This document shows positions 50,919-60,392 of a stretch of DNA of 64,000 nt, one piece after another. How positions within the stretch are numbered: position 1 is the first letter of the stretch; each line of letters opens with the position of its first letter. The stretch is taken from the NCBI GenBank assembly GCA_963666275.2, contig CAXXOA010000002.1:832001-896000 (forward strand), given 5' to 3'. A program made the position numbers and the translations under genes. The notes below the pieces were generated by a model. It saw nothing but the letters and a program-made list of their open reading frames with translations, had not been told where the DNA came from and searched no databases. Origin of the DNA: Oceanispirochaeta sp. Lineage in GTDB: Bacteria > Spirochaetota > Spirochaetia > DSM-2461.

Positions 50919-51066
50919 TCTCTCTCAGGACCCGTGTACCCCGGGGTAGAAAAGGCTCCGGATTGTACGGAAATGTATTAATATCTGTTGGCTTTGGATC
51001 TGTTTCGTTCTGTTTTGTTATGTTAAGAACTGTTTAAACCTGTTCCCCGGCTGTTTTTGCCTCTTT

Positions 51067-51081
51067 TGGCACGGGTATTGC
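51067..51081 (+). promoter_or_regulatory. sigma54 promoter upstream of modA
   Basis: TGGCAC-GGGTA-TTGC, 42 nt before the modA ATG. Confidence 0.75.
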
Positions 51082-51123
51082 GTTCTATTTGGCAGAACTT
51101 AAAGATAGAATGGATGGTTTCGC

Positions 51124-51888
51124 ATGAAAAAAAGACTGTTTGTCACGTTTCTGGTTTTATATCATTTTTCACTTTCCGCCGGAGGTGTTCAGGATCAGGG
51201 AAAAGGCATTACCCTTTACATTGCCGCCAGTACGACTGATGTCATTTCTGATGCGGCGGTCCTTTACCAGGAGAAGACCGGTGTTTCGGTTCAGATAAAT
51301 CCCGCTTCCAGCGGGACTCTGGCAAATCAGATTGAGCAGGGTGCTCCGGCGGACGTCTATATCTCCGCTTCCCGCAAGTGGATGGACTATGTGGAGACTC
51401 TGGGCGCTGCTGAGGATGTCTCTTCTCTTGTCAGGAACAGACTGGTTCTCATCGCTCCTTCGGACTCTCCGGACGGGTCATTTATCCTGGACGGGAATTC
51501 CTCTTTTCCCTCCTCTTTTGAGGGGTATCTCTCCATGGGAGACCCCGAACATGTCCCGGCGGGAAAGTATGCCCGGGAAGCGCTGACCTATTTTGGCTGG
51601 TTTGGGGAACTCGAGCCCAGGATGCTTCCCGCCGCTGATGTCCGGGCCGCTCTTTCCGTTGTTGAGCTTGGCGAAGCCGAAAGAGGGATTGTCTATGAAA
51701 CAGATGCGGAAAAATCCGGAAGGGTCAGGATTCTGGGGGCATTCCCTGAAGAGTCCCACACGCCCGTAGAATACTTTTGCGCCCTTCTGAGTGATGCGGG
51801 AGAAGAGGCCGGGGCCTTCTATGAATTCCTCCTGCATGACCAGGATGTGAAAGACCTTTTTACACGCTACGGATTTACTGTAAAATAG
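51124..51888 (+). CDS. modA: Molybdate ABC transporter substrate-binding protein
   Basis: AAST, ASSGTLANQIEQGAPADVYISA, GDPEHVPAGKYA, DVRAAL and GIVYETDA. Confidence 0.95.
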   Translation: MKKRLFVTFLVLYHFSLSAGGVQDQGKGITLYIAASTTDVISDAAVLYQEKTGVSVQINPASSGTLANQIEQGAPADVYISASRKWMDYVETLGAAEDVSSLVRNRLVLIAPSDSPDGSFILDGNSSFPSSFEGYLSMGDPEHVPAGKYAREALTYFGWFGELEPRMLPAADVRAALSVVELGEAERGIVYETDAEKSGRVRILGAFPEESHTPVEYFCALLSDAGEEAGAFYEFLLHDQDVKDLFTRYGFTVK

Positions 51889-51913
51889 GGCTCTTCCTTC
51901 AATTGGGGTATAT

Positions 51914-52609
51914 ATGAATTTTCATGATATTGTTTCGACAGTATTCCTTTCCATAAGGATAGGGGTCCTGGCCACAGCTATTAATCTCCCTCTGGCTCTC
52001 GGTGTGGTTTACTTTCTTACGCACACTCAGTTCAGGGGAAAGAATCTACTGGATGGTCTGATAAACCTCCCTCTTGTGATGCCTCCTGTTACAACGGGAT
52101 ATATCCTCCTTTTTCTGTTCGGGAAAAAGGGGCTCATTGGTTCTGTCCTGTTTTCTTTCTTCGGGATGAGGATTGCTTTCACCACCATGGCGGCTGTGAT
52201 CGCTTCCATGGTGGTTTCTTTTCCCCTTATCACAAGAAGTCTCCGGATTTCCATGGAAATGGTTGATCCCAGGCTGGAGCAGGCCGCCCGGACTCTGGGC
52301 GCAGGTAAAAGGGCTGTCTTTTTCCGGATCACTCTGCCCCTGGTTCTGCCGGGAGTTCTCAACGGTGTGGTTCTGGGATTTGCCAGGAGTCTGGGGGAGT
52401 TCGGAGCTACCATGACTTTTGCCGGGAATATCCAGGGGGTCACCAGAACAGTTCCCCTTTCGGTTTATTCGTTCCTGCAGATCCCCGGAAGAGAGCGGGA
52501 GGCGGCGGTTCTGGTGTCTATTTCCATCGGTATATCCTTTATGGCCATGTTTTTATCCTCTCTGTTCAATGCCCGGAGCCGGAACAGAACAATTCGGGAG
52601 GCTCTATGA
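51914..52609 (+). CDS. modB: Molybdate ABC transporter permease
   Basis: LPLVMPPVTTGY and FARSLGEFGAT..AGNI. Confidence 0.95.
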   Translation: MNFHDIVSTVFLSIRIGVLATAINLPLALGVVYFLTHTQFRGKNLLDGLINLPLVMPPVTTGYILLFLFGKKGLIGSVLFSFFGMRIAFTTMAAVIASMVVSFPLITRSLRISMEMVDPRLEQAARTLGAGKRAVFFRITLPLVLPGVLNGVVLGFARSLGEFGATMTFAGNIQGVTRTVPLSVYSFLQIPGREREAAVLVSISIGISFMAMFLSSLFNARSRNRTIREAL

Positions 52610-53661
52610 GCCTTGTTTTTGATCTGACCATTCCCCGCAGGGATTTCCCTCTCTCTCTGAAGGGAGAGTTCGCCGATTCCACAGTGGGAATCTTCGGTTC
52701 CTCCGGTGCGGGAAAAACCTCCTTTTTCAGCCTTCTGGCGGGGCTGGAAAAACCCAGTCAGGGAGGCATTACTCTTAACGGCAGGGTTCTCACCGATACG
52801 GAAAAGGGAATCTTTGTCCCTCCCCAGAAAAGGCGGATCGGCGTTGTTTTTCAGGACAAGCTGATGTTTCCCCATATGACAATCCGGGAGAACCTCCTGT
52901 TCGGAGTTCCCTATGTCAAAAAGAAAAGGGTGGCTCTGGATGATGTGGTGGATCTTCTGGACCTGGGAAATCTGCTGGACTCCATGCCCCATGAGGTTTC
53001 CGGAGGCGAGCAGCAGAGAACGGCTATCGGACGGGCCCTGCTGACCTCTCCGGAGCTTCTGCTTCTGGATGAGCCCTTCAACGCCGTCGACAGCAGCCTC
53101 CGGTACAAGATCCTTCCCTATCTCAGAAAACTGAGGGACAAGCTTGGCATTCCCATGCTTGTGATCAGCCATGATCTTCCGGATATTCAGAAGCTTACCA
53201 ACAGAGTGTATCTGATCGAGAAGGGAGAGTGCCGGGGTGACGGGGAGCTTTTTGAACTGCTGGGACGCGGATCAGTGCTTCCGAATAACCTGAATATTGT
53301 GAATACTTTTCATCTCTACAGCCCCCGGGAGGAGAGCCGGGGACTTTTTACCTGCGCTGTCAGGGGAATGCCCGGACAGTTCCTGAAAGTACCGGCTCAT
53401 TCTTCCGAATTCGGTGTCGTCACAGTTCAGCCCAGTGAAATTGCTCTGGCAAAAACCCGCATAGAAAATATTTCCATGCAGAATCAGATACGGGGAGTCA
53501 TTGAGAAACTCTATGATTCGGATGACCGTTTTTTCTGTCTTGTCGATACGGGAGTGCCTGTCCTTGTGGAGATTACCGCTGCTACAGCGGAAGCCCTGCA
53601 GCTGAGAGAGGGGATGGAAGTACTCTGCCTCTTCAAGGCCCACTCTCTGAGGACGGGATAG
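52606..53661 (+). CDS. modC: Molybdate ABC transporter ATP-binding protein with TOBE domain
   Basis: GSSGAGKT, SGGEQQR, LLDEP, ISMQN and LFKAH. Confidence 0.93.
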   Translation: MSLVFDLTIPRRDFPLSLKGEFADSTVGIFGSSGAGKTSFFSLLAGLEKPSQGGITLNGRVLTDTEKGIFVPPQKRRIGVVFQDKLMFPHMTIRENLLFGVPYVKKKRVALDDVVDLLDLGNLLDSMPHEVSGGEQQRTAIGRALLTSPELLLLDEPFNAVDSSLRYKILPYLRKLRDKLGIPMLVISHDLPDIQKLTNRVYLIEKGECRGDGELFELLGRGSVLPNNLNIVNTFHLYSPREESRGLFTCAVRGMPGQFLKVPAHSSEFGVVTVQPSEIALAKTRIENISMQNQIRGVIEKLYDSDDRFFCLVDTGVPVLVEITAATAEALQLREGMEVLCLFKAHSLRTG

Positions 53662-53748
53662 AAGCAAAACCTCGAAAAAATCCCGATTTGGAATTAGACT
53701 TTCTTAAAAGGAATTAATAGCCCCCACTGACTTTCAAGGAGAGCCCAT

Positions 53749-54246
53749 ATGAAATTGCCTGTAATCCTTTTCTTTTCCGCCCTGGTCCTTGTCTCCTGTT
53801 CCTCCCTGCCCGATTCAACCGGGGCGGCTGAAGAGTTCAGCTGGGAGGCGGCAGATCAGCTTAAAGGCCGGAACGGTCTTGTCCTGGCTCTGGCGGAACT
53901 GGAACAGGAGGATATCCCCTCCCGCCTGTACACCCTTTTTCAGAACGATCTGACCACCGCTCTGGTGATGTCTTTCCGGGAGGAAGGCGTGGATATACAG
54001 GTTGTCACCAGGGATAAAATTCAGCGGATTATGGATGAGAAAGCGCTGGAGTTCCAGGGGATGACCTATCAGGATGCGCAGATTCAGGTGGGGATGCTCC
54101 TGGGAGCAGACCTTCTTGTGACAGGTTCTCTGGTCTGGCTGGAGGATGATATCTATAAGTTCTCAGGACAGATCATAGAGGTCGCCACGGGCACTCAGGT
54201 CGGGGGCTATTCCAATGAGTTCTGGTTTGATACGGAATCGGACTGA
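53749..54246 (+). CDS. Lipoprotein, CsgG/HfaB/FlgO-like
   Basis: Lipobox LVS-C; VVTRDKIQRIMDE; VGMLLGADLLVTGS; IEVATG. Confidence 0.65.
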   Translation: MKLPVILFFSALVLVSCSSLPDSTGAAEEFSWEAADQLKGRNGLVLALAELEQEDIPSRLYTLFQNDLTTALVMSFREEGVDIQVVTRDKIQRIMDEKALEFQGMTYQDAQIQVGMLLGADLLVTGSLVWLEDDIYKFSGQIIEVATGTQVGGYSNEFWFDTESD

Positions 54247-54252
54247 CGACTC

Positions 54253-55278
54253 TCAGATTGTTCCTTTCAGAGCATCCAGACGATCCATAAGACGGGGATT
54301 CTTCTCTCCGTACTCTTCCAGAATATCCTCCACTCTCTCTTTCTCCTCTTCTGAAAGGCCGTTCCACATCTCATCGTAGAGTGTGAGTGTTCTTACCGCT
54401 GTCTCCAGAACTTCATCGGAACTGCCGGGGGATCTGCCCATCCTTCCCATGAGGGATTCACATTTTCTCAGGTAGGGCAGCTTCTCAGAGGGAATCTCGC
54501 CAAGAATCTCTCCATGAATTTCCGGGAGGGCCGGTGCCAGGGCGGCAGAAAACTCCTGAATCATTTCGATCTGCTCCCGGGAGAGTTCCAGAGAGACAAG
54601 AAGGGTTCCGGGGCTCAGGACCACGCGGCTGATCTGCATCCCCGGGCTGATCTTTTCCGACAGGGCTTCCAGGTCGACAAAGGAATACCGGTCCTGACGG
54701 GACAGGATCTCTCCCAGAGCATCCGGGTCCCTTTCGGGGGATTGCGACCGGGCTCGCTCCTCCAGTTTGTATAATAGTGAGACCGGAAGATTGAGGCGTC
54801 CCAGTTTCAGTTCCGTCAGTTCCAGACGCAGCCGAGAGCCTTTGATCATATCCGTATTCATGGCGATGGTGACCATGAACCGGAAAATCCCGTCTTTAAA
54901 AAGGGGAAAATCCACGGGGACGGCCGCCGCGGCTCTGAACAGAACGGCATCTTCGAAGAGTTTTATCTCCGCATTTCCATCGGCGGGAAATCCCTCTTCC
55001 TCCAGGAGCAGGGCAAACACCTGATTCAGCTGGAAATTCAGTCTCTCTTCGGAGAGGACTATTCCCTTTTCGGAATAGGAGAACCCTCCGGAGGAGTAGG
55101 GAATCTCCTGAAAACTCAGACTGTCCCATTGTTCCTGGGACGGCTGGATCCGGATCAGAAGTATCACAGGTATAGCGATAAGTATAAGCAGGATGGCAAA
55201 AGCAATGATCAGTGCATTTCTGCAGCCCCGGGGCTTTGCAGAATCCTGATTGGGAATATTGGACTGGTATTGGCTCAT
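54253..55278 (-). CDS. Membrane-anchored hypothetical protein
   Basis: Single N-terminal TM (GCRNALIIAFAILLILIAIPVILL); LKLGRLNLP beta region. Confidence 0.65.
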   Translation of the reverse strand: MSQYQSNIPNQDSAKPRGCRNALIIAFAILLILIAIPVILLIRIQPSQEQWDSLSFQEIPYSSGGFSYSEKGIVLSEERLNFQLNQVFALLLEEEGFPADGNAEIKLFEDAVLFRAAAAVPVDFPLFKDGIFRFMVTIAMNTDMIKGSRLRLELTELKLGRLNLPVSLLYKLEERARSQSPERDPDALGEILSRQDRYSFVDLEALSEKISPGMQISRVVLSPGTLLVSLELSREQIEMIQEFSAALAPALPEIHGEILGEIPSEKLPYLRKCESLMGRMGRSPGSSDEVLETAVRTLTLYDEMWNGLSEEEKERVEDILEEYGEKNPRLMDRLDALKGTI

Positions 55279-55284
55279 AAGGAT

Positions 55285-55989
55285 TTATCCCTCCAGATTT
55301 TTATAACAGATATACCGGGCAATTTCTGCGGGAATGACGATACTGTTTTCACAGCAGTCTATAGTCAGGTCTCCCCGGCTGTCCCGGGAGGTTATGCATA
55401 ATGATTTTCCCGGAAAAAGTTCATTCCGGTGACAGAATTTGAGAAGCCCTTCCGCGGCTTCGCCCTCTTCTGTTATCCGGATTATCTGCAGTCTTGAGTT
55501 TTCGGGAGCCCTGTCCAGCCTGGGAGCCGATATCAGCTCCTCTTCTCTTTCGCTCCCGGGAAAAGGATTGCCGTGGGGGCAGGTCTGGGGTTTGTTGAAG
55601 TAATCATAAAGGTAGTCTGTAAATTCTTCTGAAAGGCTGGTCTGGAGTCTCTGGGCTTCCTCATCCGATTTATCCCAGGGATAGTTGGTTGTGGTAATCA
55701 GGAGATGTTCGATAAGGTAGTGCTTTTCCAGGGTTCTCACGGCAAATCCCCGGCCTTTTTCTGTCAGCCTGATATCTCCATAGGGATCCTGTTCTACCAG
55801 TTCGTGTTTCTTCAAACGTCCTATGGCCTGGTTGACCGCAGGTTTGGAAACTCCCAGATTGCCTGCAAGCCTTGTATTCCCGGTTTTTCCATACTCTCTC
55901 TGTATAAGGAATATAGAGACAAGGTAGTTCAGGGCGGCAGGAAATTTCTTCTGGAGTTCTTCAATATCAGATGCGGTAGGGTTATACAT
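55285..55989 (-). CDS. DtxR/MntR family metal-dependent regulator with C-terminal FeoA/SH3 domain
   Basis: NYL, LGVSKPAV, LTEKG, KHYLIE and CPHGNPFP. Confidence 0.9.
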   Translation of the reverse strand: MYNPTASDIEELQKKFPAALNYLVSIFLIQREYGKTGNTRLAGNLGVSKPAVNQAIGRLKKHELVEQDPYGDIRLTEKGRGFAVRTLEKHYLIEHLLITTTNYPWDKSDEEAQRLQTSLSEEFTDYLYDYFNKPQTCPHGNPFPGSEREEELISAPRLDRAPENSRLQIIRITEEGEAAEGLLKFCHRNELFPGKSLCITSRDSRGDLTIDCCENSIVIPAEIARYICYKNLEG

Positions 55990-56133
55990 TTGCTTTCGAT
56001 TATCCCACTTTTAATTGGCTACGGCCGGGTTTTCGGGCTGTTTTCAGGATAAGTTTAAAAGGGGGAGGGGAACGTGTCAAATGAAAGTGATCCACTATTG
56101 CTTTTTTGCTGGAAGGACAGGTATTTTTATAGC

Positions 56134-58908
56134 ATGGATTTCCCCGGAAAAAAATCATTGCTACCGGTTCTGCTGATCTTCATTCAGGTCCTTCTTGCTG
56201 CCCAGCATATCCCGGGAACTCGCTGGAAAACTGTCGAAACCGAAAACTTCAGGGTTATCTTCCCGGAAGAGCTGACAGAGCAGGCTGCCGATCTGGCAGG
56301 TAAAATGGAAGTCCTCTATGCTCTGGAATCCCCCTCATTATCCCCTCCCCGAATCTCCCGGTGGACCATCGTTATTACAGGGGAGGATACGGATGCTAAC
56401 GGGTTTGTCTCCCTGCCTCCCCGCAGGAGCGTCTGGTCGGCCTTACCAGCCGGAGACAGCCTTCCTCCTCTGGAGTGGATGGATCTTCTGGCTCTTCATG
56501 AAGGGCGGCACATGATCCAGTACGATGCTCTGAACCGGAGACTCAACAGACTTCTGTATACCCTGGGAGGGGAAGCGGGCCTTTCGGTCGGCCTGTTCTG
56601 GGGGGTCCCCGGCTGGTTCCTTGAAGGGGATGCGGTGGGAGCCGAAACCGCCTTCTCCGGAACCGGTCGGGGCAGGGATCCTCTTTTTTTCAGACAGATG
56701 AAAGAGATCATCCTGAAGGAAGATTTTTCCTATCAGAAAATGGTGAACCGCTCCTACAGGAATTACATTCCCAATGAATATGTAACAGGCTATTTTCTGA
56801 CGTCCTATCTGAAGAATCATTACGGACCGGACAGTCTGGCCAGATTTCTGAACGGTCCTTCAACCATACCCTTTCCCGCCCTGGGAATGTATCTGGGAGC
56901 CAGGACTACCACCGGACAGTCCTGGTCGGCTCTCTATGACCAGATGGCCCGGGAGCTCCGGGAAGCCTGGGAGCAGCAGAACAGGGATATTGTCCCCATA
57001 GAAAACAGTAAAATCACCGAGCCCGCCGGGAGGGATTACCTTCTCTGGGATCCCCTCCTTTTTGAAGAGGACCGCATCATTGCCCGCAGAACCTCCCTGT
57101 CGGGAGTCCCCCGGCTGATTGAGATCACACCTGAAGGGGAGCAGTCCCTTGTCCGGGTTCCATCGACAGACCATATTGCCATCCACGGGGACCGGGCCGT
57201 TTGGGCCTATTCCAGACCCTCCGCCGTGTATGACTCTCTGAGCTGGTCGGACCTGGTTATGACGGATATCCGGACGGGAAAGAGAACTATCCTCACAGAG
57301 AAGCAGAAGTACAGATACCCCGCGTTCAGTCCCGACGGAAGGGAAATTGCCGTTATTTCCCGGTCATTAAAGGGGGAGGACTCCCTGGTGATCCTCAACA
57401 GTACCACCGGAGAGGAAACCCTTCATCGGCTCCTTCCCCGGGGAGATGCCGCGGGAATTGCCGCCTGGTCTGCCCGGGGTGAGTCTCTTTTTCTGACCCT
57501 GCAGGATGCGGAAGGGCGGGCCATTCTCCGTCTGGAAAGAGAAACGGGAGATTTCAGCTATCTGAAGGATTTCAGCTACGAATCGGTAAAGAGCCTTTCC
57601 TTCTCCCGGGGGCTGCTCTTCTATTGTTCCAACCTGACGGGGGTGGAGAATGTGATGGCCCTTGATCCGGAGACAGGAGAGAGCTTTCAGGTCTCCTCCC
57701 GTTTCAACAGTGTCAGGCTCCCCCTGGCAGGAGTCTGGCGGGGAGAAGAGGTCCTCCTTTACAGTGAATACACCTCTTCCCGGGGGGAGCAGCTGGCCAT
57801 TCAGGAGCTGAACCCTCTCGAATGGCGCGGGGAGGACGAGATTGTCTCCCGGGAGTTTCTCTATTATCCCCGGAGCACTCTGGAATACCCCGACTACCGG
57901 GAGGCTCTGGCAGCGTCTTCCGGAGAGTCCCCTGTTACAGTGGAGGATTACTCCCTCCTTCAGGGACTGGGCAATATACACTCCTGGGGGCTTGCTCCGG
58001 ATGAGGAATCAGGAACAGCGCTGAACCTGTATATCCAGTCCGATGACGTCCTGGATACCTTCGGCTGGAGACTGGGGGGAGCTCTTGATGCGAACGACAG
58101 CAGCCGGGGAGGTTTCTTTAACCTGAACTGGCGCGGGGGCGTTCCTGAAATCGCCCTGAACAACCGCTACTGGTACAGGGATATTCAGGGTTCCCTGTAC
58201 CAGGATCTCTCTTCGGTTTTTCTGCTCTCCCAGCCTCTGAATTTTGACAGACCCCTCTGGTATCACAGGCTTGTCCCCTATGCGGGAATGGGGGCGGACG
58301 TTCTCGTTCCCGAGGATCCGGAGCATGAGAGTGAGAGCTCGCTTCCCCTCCATTTCGGAGTACAGGGCAGTTCTTTCCTTCCCGGCGGGCCCAGGAGTCT
58401 GAATCCCCTCTGGGGAGTTTCCGGGCGGAGTTATCTTACCTTTTCTCCCTTTACGGACCGGGACAGGTATCTTTTTTCTTCGGCACTGATTTTCTATCTT
58501 CCCGGAGTGATCCGCAATACAAGTCTTGTGCTGTCCGGATCCTACGAACAGCAGGACAGGTCCTATCAGAGCCGAATACTCTTTTCCCGGGGCTACGAAG
58601 CGGTTAAAGGAGAGGAGTTGTATCAGTTTTCAGGATCCTATGAGTTTCCACTCCTCTATCCCGATCTGGCTCTGGGGTCCTGGATGTATATCAATAGAAT
58701 CCGGGGGCAGTTTTTCTATGATCATACAGGGGTCGACAATCCTTCGGCAGAGCCCCGGATCTACCAGTCCCTGGGGGGCTCCCTGTCTTTTGAGTTTCAT
58801 CCCTTCAATACCCCCCATTTCCCTCTTTCTCTGGGGTTCCGCTATGCCTGGCTTGTCGAAGAGGAGAGGTCCTCTTTCGAGATCCTCTTTATGACTCTGG
58901 GCCTATAG
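56134..58908 (+). CDS. Exported protein: gluzincin metallopeptidase domain, TolB-like propeller and probable C-terminal beta-barrel
   Basis: Signal peptide; HEGRH; PGWFLEGDA; PAFSPDG; amphipathic aromatic-rich C-terminal strands. Confidence 0.7.
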   Translation: MDFPGKKSLLPVLLIFIQVLLAAQHIPGTRWKTVETENFRVIFPEELTEQAADLAGKMEVLYALESPSLSPPRISRWTIVITGEDTDANGFVSLPPRRSVWSALPAGDSLPPLEWMDLLALHEGRHMIQYDALNRRLNRLLYTLGGEAGLSVGLFWGVPGWFLEGDAVGAETAFSGTGRGRDPLFFRQMKEIILKEDFSYQKMVNRSYRNYIPNEYVTGYFLTSYLKNHYGPDSLARFLNGPSTIPFPALGMYLGARTTTGQSWSALYDQMARELREAWEQQNRDIVPIENSKITEPAGRDYLLWDPLLFEEDRIIARRTSLSGVPRLIEITPEGEQSLVRVPSTDHIAIHGDRAVWAYSRPSAVYDSLSWSDLVMTDIRTGKRTILTEKQKYRYPAFSPDGREIAVISRSLKGEDSLVILNSTTGEETLHRLLPRGDAAGIAAWSARGESLFLTLQDAEGRAILRLERETGDFSYLKDFSYESVKSLSFSRGLLFYCSNLTGVENVMALDPETGESFQVSSRFNSVRLPLAGVWRGEEVLLYSEYTSSRGEQLAIQELNPLEWRGEDEIVSREFLYYPRSTLEYPDYREALAASSGESPVTVEDYSLLQGLGNIHSWGLAPDEESGTALNLYIQSDDVLDTFGWRLGGALDANDSSRGGFFNLNWRGGVPEIALNNRYWYRDIQGSLYQDLSSVFLLSQPLNFDRPLWYHRLVPYAGMGADVLVPEDPEHESESSLPLHFGVQGSSFLPGGPRSLNPLWGVSGRSYLTFSPFTDRDRYLFSSALIFYLPGVIRNTSLVLSGSYEQQDRSYQSRILFSRGYEAVKGEELYQFSGSYEFPLLYPDLALGSWMYINRIRGQFFYDHTGVDNPSAEPRIYQSLGGSLSFEFHPFNTPHFPLSLGFRYAWLVEEERSSFEILFMTLGL

Positions 58909-58968
58909 ATTTAATTCGGGAAATCCTGTTTTATATAAGACTCTCAAAACGTTGATGACGAGGTTGTA

Positions 58969-59322
58969 ATGACTCTTTTCATAGAAATCCTTCTTATTGT
59001 CCTGATCTATCTGGCGGGGATGGGGCTGGGCCTATTTATTCCGGTTCCCTTCAGCCTGCTCAGCATGGGACTTTTTTTTCTGCTTCTCATGACAGGTCTC
59101 CTCAAAGATCGTCTTTTTACAAAAATATCCACCCTGATCCTCTCTAACCTGGCCTTCTTTTTTATTCCCCCCGCAGTGGAGATTGTTGATTCCATGTCTG
59201 TTCTGGAGGGAAACTATCTGAAACTGATTGTGATCATGGTTGTCAGTAATATTTGCGTTCTGGCTGTGACCGCTCTGGTCGTGCAGGCTGTGCTGAACAG
59301 GAAGGAGAACAATCGTGACTGA
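58969..59322 (+). CDS. CidA/LrgA family protein
   Basis: IPVP..LLSM and LAFFFIPPAV; about 4 TMs. Confidence 0.85.
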   Translation: MTLFIEILLIVLIYLAGMGLGLFIPVPFSLLSMGLFFLLLMTGLLKDRLFTKISTLILSNLAFFFIPPAVEIVDSMSVLEGNYLKLIVIMVVSNICVLAVTALVVQAVLNRKENNRD

Positions 59323-60016
59323 CTGGCTGACTTCTACCCCTCTCTTCGGAATCCTGCTGACGCTTGGCTGTTACTTTCTGGCAATGCGGCTTTACAAACG
59401 GGTGACCATTCAGCTGCTCAACCCTTTTATTGTGAGTTTCGCAGCAATCCTGATCATCCTTTTTCTGCTGGATATTCCCCTTTCCCGATATATGGCGGGA
59501 GGTAAGTATATTAAGATGCTTCTTCCTGTGACCATACTGCTTCTGGCTCTTCCTCTCTACAGGCAGCTGCCTCTTCTGCTGGAGCATAAACTGGCTATCA
59601 TCCTGGGGATCCTAGCAGGGGTGCTGACATCGGGAGTTTCGGTATTTCTTCTCTGTATCCTTCTGGATGTGGATAAACAGCTTCTCCTCTCTCTCATTCC
59701 GAAATCCATAACGACGCCTCTGGGGATCATCCTCTCTGAAACCCTGGGAGGTTTCGTGAGCGTAACGGTTATTTCCATAGTCATTACAGGAATACTGGGG
59801 GTTCTTTTCCATGGCCCTGTCTTCCGGTTCCTCAGGATCACCCATCCTGTGGCCCAGGGCATCGCCATAGGAACCGCTTCTCATGCTATTGGAACCTCCA
59901 AAGCTATGGAACTGGGAGAAGTCCAGGGCGCAATGAGCGGACTGGCCATTATCCTGGCCGGGATTATCACTGTATTTTCGGCGCCCCTGTTCCTGCTTCT
60001 CTACAGTCTTCTTTGA
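59315..60016 (+). CDS. lrgB: LrgB/CidB family protein
   Basis: LLNP, LALPLY, PKSITTP and GTASHAIGTSKA. Confidence 0.9.
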   Translation: MTDWLTSTPLFGILLTLGCYFLAMRLYKRVTIQLLNPFIVSFAAILIILFLLDIPLSRYMAGGKYIKMLLPVTILLLALPLYRQLPLLLEHKLAIILGILAGVLTSGVSVFLLCILLDVDKQLLLSLIPKSITTPLGIILSETLGGFVSVTVISIVITGILGVLFHGPVFRFLRITHPVAQGIAIGTASHAIGTSKAMELGEVQGAMSGLAIILAGIITVFSAPLFLLLYSLL

Positions 60017-60017
60017 A

Positions 60018-60037
60018 ACGGGTAATCACTTACCCGT
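60018..60037. promoter_or_regulatory. Perfect 8-bp inverted repeat (candidate bEBP enhancer or terminator)
   Basis: ACGGGTAA-TCAC-TTACCCGT, about 120 bp upstream of a sigma54 promoter. No U-tract. Confidence 0.45.
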
Positions 60038-60153
60038 CCCGTGTAGTTCCGGCCACTTCCGGGAGCCGTCTCCCTGTAAGCCCATCACCTTCTTTCTCTT
60101 CTAAATTTATTCCAGGTAAGGGAATAGTTCTTTTCTGAACAGGGATCCTCTTT

Positions 60154-60169
60154 TGGCACAGCAATTGCA
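60154..60169 (+). promoter_or_regulatory. sigma54 promoter
   Basis: TGGCAC-AGCAA-TTGCA. Confidence 0.85.
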
Positions 60170-60194
60170 TTAGAGTAGGCAAAAGGAGCACATT

Positions 60195-60353
60195 ATGGAA
60201 ACAAGAGGAGTATTCAGCCCGGAGCAGGGACAGGAACTGTCCGAATTTGTAATCATTCAGTCAGAGCCACCTCAGCCTCTCTGGGAGGAAGACCTGTTTG
60301 AAATCACAGAGCAGGGACAGAACCAGCTTCTGAATCTGCAGGAAAGGAATTAA
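60195..60353 (+). CDS. Small acidic protein (52 aa, not in the ORF track)
   Basis: AAGGAG RBS then ATG. METRGVFSPEQGQELSEFVIIQSEPPQPLWEEDLFEITEQGQNQLLNLQERN. Confidence 0.7.
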   Translation: METRGVFSPEQGQELSEFVIIQSEPPQPLWEEDLFEITEQGQNQLLNLQERN

Positions 60354-60392
60354 ATCCTATCATACCGACAGCTGTGGTATACTGTTGATCCC

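Noticed and set aside
50940..51066. NifA UAS upstream of modA
   Set aside because: Several TGT triplets, but no TGT-N10-ACA match.
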